Assembly (NCBI GenBank): GCA_050273025.1
Contig: CP158635.1
Location: forward strand, 32,302,001-32,366,000
Reading direction: 5' to 3'
Length of the DNA stretch: 64,000 nucleotides
Origin: Cenococcum geophilum
Taxonomy: Eukaryota
Below are positions 55,001-64,000 of the stretch, in pieces; positions within the stretch are counted from its first letter, which is position 1, and the number at the start of each line of letters is the position of its first letter. The notes below the pieces were generated by a model that worked only from the letters and a program-made list of their open reading frames with translations, searched no databases and had not been told where the DNA came from. The position numbers and the translations under genes were made by a program.

Positions 55001-56250
55001 AAAGAATAGAATGGCGGTCTATTTGCGAGATATTACTTAGGCCTATACCCAATTAGAGACGTACCTTTAGCGCTTAATATTAGCATATCTTTTAGAGCAA
55101 ATTCGTTACCAATATCCCGAAGATATAATTATGGTTGTGCTTAAGCCATTATATAGAATCGCAAAGGTAGGAACTTATTAGTAGGCTACCTACAGTAAGC
55201 ACTATAAAGAGAAGCTTTTAATAACTACTTCTATATTTGACCCATGCTTCCTTATTATAACTATAGGAACTCCGTTCGGAATCATTAGTATATAAACTAA
55301 TAATATAATTATCTTAGGAGACGACCAATTCTCAGCTCTTAAAGAAGATAAGTTAGTAAAGGTAAATCTTATAGCAAAGCTAAAAGAAAAGCTTAATTTA
55401 ACAACACTATTACTCTTTAATAGATGCATCCTCTCCCTAAATAAGGATTCTATTGCTTTACGCCAGAAGGGTTAAGGTAAGAAGATTAATGTTATTAACG
55501 TTAATTTTCTAAAGCAAGGATACGTGGAGCAACGTGCTTGTGGAGCTTATATTACTTCTATCTATTAACCCAAGGCTTTATTTAATCTCTTTATTGCCGC
55601 TTAATACTAGAAACCTACTAAGGATAACGTTCTTGCTCTAAATAAGCGTCTTTCCTAGTAAATAAACCATCTTAATTGGGGACTACTCTATATGCCTATT
55701 AATCTTCCCACCACTAAGCTCTTTATATTTATTAATAGGTCGTTTATAAATAATAAAGATTTTAGCTCCTAGTTGGGATATAAGATTATTATTACAAACG
55801 AATTTACTAGAGAGAATAACTTTATAATTCACGGTAACCTTATCTATTAGAGCTTAACTAAGAGTAAGTATATTACTTAAAGCGTTCTAGCGTTAAAGAT
55901 ATATAGAATGGTTGGCGGAGTTAATATAGTAATTGCAATTAGAACTACCCTAAAGATAATTATAGATCGACTCGAACTCCCTATTATTCCTATAATTGTA
56001 TACACCAACTTATATTCCCTCTATAAGTGTTTAGTTAAGCTTAGTACTATAAAGGAGAAGCGCCTTATAATCGATATTATAGCACTTCGGCAATCCTACG
56101 AGCGTTAAAAACTCTTTAAGATTTAATGGATTAATAGCTAAGATAACCCAGTAGATGTGATGATAAAGGCGAACCTAAATAAGGCGCTAGAGACGTTTGT
56201 TAATATAAATACTCTACATATATAAGTTAAAGGTTAGGTTAAAAGGGAGT

Positions 56251-56360
56251 CCCTAGAAATTTCTTAGTTACGTAAGGCCTTAAGATATTTAGGAACTTTA
56301 ACCGCCGGTTAAAGTTATCTAATTGGTCAGATTCTCTTGCTAAGACTTTTTTATAGAGGG
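56251..56360. mobile_element. ~110-bp palindrome-centred insertion in C2, absent from C1
   Basis: C1 reads aaaagggagt-aagagtataat with no insert; the insert contains aactttaaccgccggttaaagtt. Confidence 0.65.
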
Positions 56361-56648
56361 GGGGGTATAATATTCTATAGACCCTAACTCAACCTAGCTA
56401 ATTAGGATTTTCCATCCCCGGGATAGAAAATCGCTATTAGCTCGCTTACCGCTAGCGCCTTAGCGGCCCTACTAATAAGATACCTACCTATAACTTATAA
56501 GTAAGAAAGCACTACGTGTTAAGAGGCAAATTTTGGGACAGCGAGACTTATATTGCAATAGCAATAGTAAGTAAGGAGGACTGATATTTGTTTCGCTAGT
56601 TAAGCGGTATATATATATAGATAGCAACTATAAAAAAAGAGTTGCCAG

Positions 56649-56848
56649 TGTTGGGAATAAAGGTAAGTAGTCACTATATAAGGCATATTGCCGTTAGTGT
56701 GGCAAGTTACCGTCACGTGTTGCCGCGGCACTAGCGTGGCGAGGAGCCTTAAGCTCCTCGCCCTCCCTTATAGAGATAATATTAAGAAGAATAACCATTA
56801 TACTATCTACGAACTGTAGCTATGTAATATCACCTTGTGTAACTAACA
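56649..56848 (+). repeat. Copia C2 3' LTR
   Basis: Followed by TSD TATTC. Confidence 0.95.
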
Positions 56849-59800
56849 TATTCTTAATTAAGGAGGGAGTTAGCGTAACAATAACTTACTAACTAGCTCG
56901 TTAAATTATAGGAGACTATATAAGAATTACCTCCTTACCCTTATTATTATAGCCTTAGATAATAAGCCTTAATCTCTTAAATAGGGCGTTAATAGCTTTA
57001 CCCTTAATCTTATTAACTATTCTTAACTTAAAGATATAAACTCTATTAAATTTAGTAGGGTTATATTTCTTAAATTTAAAGACTCCTCTTATAATAAGAC
57101 TATTAATCTCCTACTTATTAGATGCTTAGAAAGGGGCTTTTAAAGTTATAATATAATCTTCCTTTTAGAGCTATTTCGCGAGCTTAAAGTTAGCCTTCTC
57201 TTTAGCTGTTATAAAGGCCATTAATAACTTAACTCTATTTTTAATAGCAGCAATAAATTGCTCTTTAAAATTAATAAGGTAGTGGCAATTTTATAATTCC
57301 TTTAAGCGACCTCTACCGCGTTATAGTTGCGGCATATCTACTACAATTATATTAAAATTATAGTCGCCTTCTAGAGTATATTAATTATAGTTCTCCTTTA
57401 GGGCATCTTTTAGGGTATCCTATAAAGGCTTAAAACTATTATCTTTATAGTAAGGCTTAATAATAGTTAAACGGAATTAAGTGGGTCTATAAGGTATCTA
57501 AATAATATAAGTTTAACTATTAATTATAATAAGTTAATATAGGCCTAACTACCCTCCCTTTTTACGCTATATATATACCTCTAACTAAAGTATAAGATTA
57601 AGTATAGTTAAGGTATTTAGGCCATTCCTTATTCCTAATACGTTGTTAACCTAGTATATAGCCTAAAGACGTTATATCTCCTTTATTACCTTATAAATAG
57701 CCTTAGCTTATTATATAATAAAGGGAGATAGTAAAGAATTATTAGTTATTTAAGGGTAGGCGTTAAAGACTAGTAATATAGATATAAGTTTATCCGGGCT
57801 AGCGGAATTATTAATAGCTTTTATAGCTATTTATAAGGTAAGTTTTTTGCTAGTATCCTCTACTTTTAAAGAGATAATCTTATATACGCGGCGTAATAGC
57901 GCATAATATTATTCTATTTTTTTAATACTATTATATACCTTAACGGGGACTTTCTTAACCTTAATTATTATTGCCTTTATTTATTATCGGAACTCTATAA
58001 ATAAGAAGTTCTTTCCTATATTATAGATAATTTAGTTAGGGGGTCCTAAGTAGATATTAATTTAATATAATTAAAGCGTATTCTATATATTTCTAGCTAG
58101 TATATCTTTTAAGAAACGCGCAGCTTAAAAGAAAGTTAAGAAGTTAATAACTTAGAGTACTAGCTTACTGCTAAGATATATAATATTAATAATAATATAG
58201 AAGTTAAAGTTATAGTTATTCTTAAGGGTAAACTTAAATTAGCTAGGGGACTTCTAGTTTATTTAGTAGTAATAGTAATACTTTATAAGATGCTTAATTG
58301 CCTTAACCTTAACTTTATAACCTACTTACTAAAGAACCCTAAGTAATTAGTAAACGGATAGGTAGCTAAAATAATGGTATAGTTAGCGTAACTCTAACTT
58401 AGTTAAGTGGTTTTAAGTAATACTCTTTTTTAGTTAGTAAAGGAGTAACTAGGGGTAACCCTACTTACGTATAATAGGTACTTAATTATTTTCTTAAATA
58501 AGTACATTCTTAAGGTTATTAAGCTTAACGCCTAATTTATCTATATCTCTAATATAAAATAGAAATGGGGTATTTATAAAAACAACGTAAAAAATAATAT
58601 ACCCTAAGGGGGTTTAAACCCTAATTGTGCTAAGAGAGATTGTAGTACCCTTACTAAAACGAATTATATATTAGCCTACCGTTAAATAGTTAATTTAAAT
58701 AGAGCTATTAAGCTACTAAAGGGCTTAAACTTAAGGTTCTCCTACTATAAATACTCCTGTGGCTTTAGTATCTAGTATAATACTATAAAAGACATTCGCC
58801 GAGTATTTATTATTAAAGGAGAACATAAAACTCTCCTTTAGCTTATTAAAGATATCTAACTTTATAATAGAGTAGAGCGTAAATTAATTATTAAAAACAG
58901 CGATAGTTTATATACTATTTACCTTACTATACTTAGTAAAGTATTAGTTAAATAAGTAGTTCTTAATTTCTATATCTATAAAGAGCTATTTAGCCTTATT
59001 AACCTTACCCTTAAGATCTTCTACGCCTTTATATTAAACTAAGAAGATTTAGAAGTAGGCTATAGTAACCTTATAATTTCTAACATTTTTTATACTCTAG
59101 CGAAACTTATTATATACCTCCTTTTATTTATTAAAAGAATACCTAGTTAACTAGCAATTTGGTTTCTTATAAATATAGTACTTTTTTTAATAATTACTTT
59201 AGAATAAACCTCTATAAGGACCTCCACAATTACCTTATAGTTAATATTAATTATACTCTTTACTATATTCCCTACTACGGCTACTATATATTTAGTTAGT
59301 CTAATTATAATTATATTAGTTAGGAATACTTAGTTAGGTAGGGTTTTTAGTATAAAACTATTAAGATTCTTATATTTATATTATAGTACCTATAACAAAG
59401 CGTAGCTTAGTATATACTCCTTTAAATATATCTACAGGTTTATATAGCGCTAAATTACACTTAGGAACGCTATAGCAGGCTAAGATAACCTAGTCCCTTA
59501 GGCTGTTTTTATTTTAGTAAGTTTTAGTAAGGCTACGTTAGATTTTCTAAAGTTTATTAAAAAGTAGTTAAAGGCACTCTAAATAAGTCTTTATTAAGTT
59601 AAAAGCAATAACTCTTTAGAATATAATCTCCTACTATTTAAATATATAAAGCTAGTAATTTTTATTAGTTTTAAAGTAGGCTTTAGTAAGCTAAAGTATT
59701 ATATTAAAGCTATAGTTTCTACCTATAATATAGTTATAATAAAATATTGCTGCTTATCCCTTTAATATAATAGAGAAAGCGTAATAGTACTAGTAGCCTT

Positions 59801-59897
59801 AAATTTTAACTTTATTATAACAGTTATAAAAGACCTATAGTTTTATTCTAAGTATATTATATAGTTCTCTTTTAAACTTCTTCTCTTTATCTAAATA

Positions 59898-62800
59898 TGT
59901 TACGGCACTGGCAGAACTTCGCACCGGTAAGTTGCCGCAAATTGCCGTATATTGCGGTTACGTGACGCGAAGATCTTATAAAATATTAAACGGCGCTGCT
60001 CTTCTTCTCCTTTCCTTTCCCTAGCTTTAGATTCTCGTTTATAGACAATCCAATTATACAGGCTTATACGTTCCTTTTACCGTGCCCATATCTTAATTAA
60101 CTAAGTCGCTAACATTATCTAAGGCTTACTCTACTTTTTCTTCCTAAGAAGGAACTTAAATATATTTATAAGAACACAGAACAGGACCCTAAGGATATTA
60201 TTAAGACTATAAGGACAGGACCTAAAAGAAAAGAATAGAACTCTAAGGAAAGGACCTATAAGATACGCATAGACTAGAACCCCTAAAGAAATTACCCGAA
60301 ATTACCTAATACCCCTACCACTATGCCACAAACTATAGCAGCAGATAAAGCAGCTGTAGGACCCTTAAATACTTCAGATATTAAAATAATTAACGTTTTA
60401 ACCCCCTAGGCGGAGCTTACAGCTACTAATACCGAAATTAAATAACTATAAGAGCTGCTTAAAGCTAGAGATACCCCTATATCTAATAATAAGTCATTAT
60501 TAGACAACTAAAGACTTACTATAGTCCTTTAGGCCCTATCTCAGCGCCTTAATAGATCTACTAAAGCCTATACAGTACTAAAGCGGTTACTAAAGATCGC
60601 GGATCCCCTACTACGTATAGACGGAACCAACCCTATATTTAATAATTAGAAGCTTTAATTACGGGATAAGCTTAAAGTTAATATAGACCACTTCCCTAAT
60701 GCCTAAGCTAGAATGGCCTACGTTTTTGGCCGTACTAGTGGAGACGCCCAGACGTATTTACGCCCGCAATATATTAAAGACTTAATAGACCCCTTTATCG
60801 CTAAAAAAATAATAATTAAATACTTATCTTCTATTTATAAAGACCCTTTTAAAGTATAGAACGCCCGCCTTAGCTATAAAAGCCTAAATATAAAAATAAT
60901 GGAGACCTTTTTAGCCTTTTAAACCCGCTTTTTATACCTAGCCGGATAGGCCTAGATCCCCTAAGAAGACCTACTGCTAGACCTCTTTAATAAGCTTACC
61001 TTAGACCTATAGCGGGCTATATTACTAGCTTATACTATAGTATAGACGTTAAAGGAACTTATAGACTATTACCTAGCTATTAACTAAGGCCTCCGTCAAA
61101 TTAAGGTATACGCTAATTAGCTAAAAACTAGAAACCTTATAAGCTAGGCCGCAAGTACTATAAGTACGGCCCGTAGTGCCCTAGTATAATTAGCAACCCC
61201 TATAGTCAACCTAGTAGCTAGCTGCGCACCTACTCTTACTACGGGCCTAGTGTACACCCGGCCTATATATAGCGACCCCTATATATAGGCCCTCAGCGAT
61301 TAAGGAGCTTGCTTTTTATGCGGTTAAATAGGTTACCCTATAAGGAACTGCCTAATAAAGGTAAAGATAAATAAGGTCTTGTTAATTTAGGAGGATAATA
61401 CGGAGTTGGAAAAAGAGGAACTTTAGAGGAAGACTCCTTTCTAGGGTTAAAAGGGATTAATATATTATATATTAATCTAGGTCGGCTAGTTAGTAGAAAA
61501 AGCTACACTATCCCTTATACTTTATTTCGTAATAAATATTAAGTTTTAACCTCTGCCTTAGCTGACTTAGGAGTAAATGCCTTTACCTTAATTAATATAA
61601 AATACGCTGTAAAACTAGCTAGCTTTTTTAATGTACCCCTTAAAGAACTGCCTAAACTAATCCCTATTTACGGTTATAACAGATAAATAGGGCTACCTAT
61701 TATAACTATCTTACGGATCTACCTCCGCGTTAATAAACAAAGGTAGTATAATATCCCCTTCCTTATTACGGACCTTAGAAGCTATAATATAATCTTAGGG
61801 AGAAAATAGCTAGCCTATTTAGGCTTATAGCTTAACGTACGGAATAGGCAGCTTATCTAGCCTAAAACTATACCCCTAACGCCTTCCTTTATAAAAGAGA
61901 TTAGTATTATAATGGAAAACCTTATACGGCTATAGATAAACACTATTTACTAGGCTAATGCGATATATAGGGACTAGGCTTTTAAGAAGGAGGTATAGCT
62001 TAATCTATAACGGATCTATATACTACGCCGCCCCTAAACTACCTATATTACACTACCCGCACTAAAGACTTAGGAAGTTAGTAGTAGCCTAGCTAAGTCC
62101 CTAATAGAGAACTTAGGCCGTACGCAGCTATAAAGAAAGGCTAAGAATATTAGACGATATACTAAACTAATAAACTAGAAGGATAACTTATGGAAAATAA
62201 AACGTAAGCTAAGGAAGACTATAAACCCTATACCGCAGAATATAGCCTAATAAATATCTGTAAAGAAACCTATAAACCTTCTACTAGTTAATATCTGCTG
62301 CATTAGCGCTATAGGATTCTACTAAAACCTAGTTTAGCCTAATACCATTACCTTTATAACTAGCTTATATAAAATTAATTAAATAATTAAAGAGAAAGAA
62401 GCCCTAGCCTAAGAGAAAGGCGAGCTTATAGATAAGGAGCTAGTAAAACAGAAACTGCCCTATTAATACTAGAAATTTAAAGATACTTTCTCTAAAGTAG
62501 CGTCTAATATACTCCCGCCTTACCGACCGTATAACTATAAGATTAAAATCGAGCCGGATAAGGTGGTTACCCTTAGCTATAGCCCCCTCTAATAGTAATC
62601 TACTGCCGAATTATAGGCTATAAAGTAGTATTTTATTAATAACCTAGATAAGGGCTTTATTAAGCCTAGTTAAGCCCCTTTTAACTTACCTATTCTCTTT
62701 GCCAAAAAGCTAAATAGAGGACTTTGTTTCTGTATTAACTACTATAAGCTTAATAATTTAACCCTTAAAGACCGCTACCCACTGCCTTTACTTAGTGAGA

Positions 62801-64000
62801 CTTTAGCCTAAATAAGTAGAGCTAAGATCTTTATAAAGCTTAATATCCGCTAGGCTTTTTACTAAATTAGGATAGACCCTAAATTAGAAGACCTTACTAT
62901 ATTTCGGACCTATTATAAAACGTATAAATATAAAGTACTGCCTTTTGGACTAACTAATGGACTAGCTATATACTAATAATATATAAATAATATACTATTT
63001 AACTACCTTAACGACTTCTATATAGTATACTTGGATAATATTATAATCTACTCTAAAAATAAACTGGAATATAAAGAGCATATCTATAAAGTCCTATAAC
63101 GGCTTTAGGAAGCTAGCCTCTAAGCCAATATTAAGAAGTTAGAATTTAGTATTAAGCGTATAAAGTACCTAGGGTTTATTATTAGTATAAACGGAATTAA
63201 GGCAGACCTAGAAAAGACGGCTATAATTAACTAATAGGTACCCCTAAGGACCGTAAAGGGGGTGCAGTTATTCTTAGGGTTCTATAACTTCTACTAACGC
63301 TTTATTAAGAACTATAGCAGGATTACTCGGCTACTAAGCCTACTTACCTACAAGGACCGGCCCTTTTACTTTAACACCGTATATAGGTAGGCCTTTAATA
63401 AGCTTAAGAAACGACTGGTTTCTGCTCCCTTACTTACCTACTTTAACCTAGAACGGCCCTTAATGCTAGAAACCGATGCCTTAGATAGTATTATAGCTAG
63501 CGTTTACTCCTAAAAGCAGATAGACGGAGAATGGCACCCTATTGCTTACTATTTAAAGACTATAGTAGATGCTAAGCTAAACTACCCAAATAACAATAAA
63601 GAAATGCTGGCTATTATCTCTAGCTTTTAGCACTAGCGAGCCTAACTAGAAGGCACCCCTAAGTCTATCTAGGTAGTTTCCAATTATAAGGCCTTAGAAT
63701 ATTTTATAATAATAAAGGCCCTTACGGCCCGATAGGCGCGCTAGGTGGACACCTTATCTTAATTTAACTTCCTAATTATATATAGGCCAGGCGCCACTAA
63801 CTGTGCGGACGCTCTTATAAGGTATAAATAGGATATAAATAACTAGATAGCTATAAAGATCTTATTATAGACCTAAGCGCTACTACGACTAGAGCACCTT
63901 AACTCTTAAATACGGGCAGAACTAAATATAGGCTCTTTAAATGCTGAGATATGCCCTATTAACTCTATAGAACTGGACCTTATTAATAAACTACTATAGG
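59898..64000 (+). mobile_element. Ty3/Gypsy E (5' part; continues past the window), inserted in the gag of C1
   Basis: Putative LTR TGTTA...TAACA 59898-60114; gag with GACFLCGxxG(H)xxRNC ~61305; PR ALAD(S)G ~61560; RT YLD(D)IIIYS ~63030; RNase H LETDAS ~63470. Confidence 0.9.

Larger units (their letters stand above)
41822..56848 (+). mobile_element. Ty1/Copia C2 (~6.1 kb without D), inverted inside the RT of C1
   Basis: 200-bp LTRs at 41822-42021 and 56649-56848; exact TSD TATTC; PR PD(T)GA ~53085; IN ELRxL(H)RxFG(H)P ~53470; RT ~54750-55500; RH ~55720-56200 (Copia order). Confidence 0.94.
40075..59897 (-). mobile_element. Ty1/Copia C1 (5' end beyond Gypsy E / outside the window)
   Basis: LTR 40075-40288; RH/RT 40600-41821 continue at 56849-59897 (RT, IN, PR, gag), colinear with C2 in reverse. 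Confidence 0.9.

Noticed and set aside
55202..56108. ORFs 55202-55429 and 55908-56108 as functional genes
   Set aside because: One is an antisense shadow and the other a stop-free remnant of Copia RNase H.

Overview
AT-rich, gene-free block from a filamentous ascomycete, made almost entirely of nested transposable elements heavily mutated by repeat-induced point mutation (RIP: TpA excess, and repeat copies differ by CpA>TpA / TpG>TpA). No intact host gene is supportable. Order: Tad1-like LINE fragments (1-3570); a piggyBac relic (~3580-6860) interrupted by a small retroposon; a Crypton tyrosine-recombinase relic (~7300-10240) cut by chromoviral Gypsy A (10241-33801). Gypsy A contains Gypsy B1 (holding an inverted B2), a 1-kb retroposon and a solo LTR. 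Next come a full-length Tad1-like LINE (34431-40020) and Copia C1 (from 40075), which holds an inverted Copia C2 (holding Gypsy D) and Gypsy E (59898 to the end). Most striking: two divergent non-coding retroposons (4910-5750 and 28085-29099) each start at the predicted cleavage G of an HDV-like ribozyme fold and end in a LINE-like 3' tail. They look like a ribozyme-headed, non-tRNA SINE-like system that would use Tad1-type LINE machinery. Two Gypsy families also carry antisense Cys-rich accessory ORFs downstream of pol. All alignments and translations were done by eye; boundaries without a TSD are approximate.
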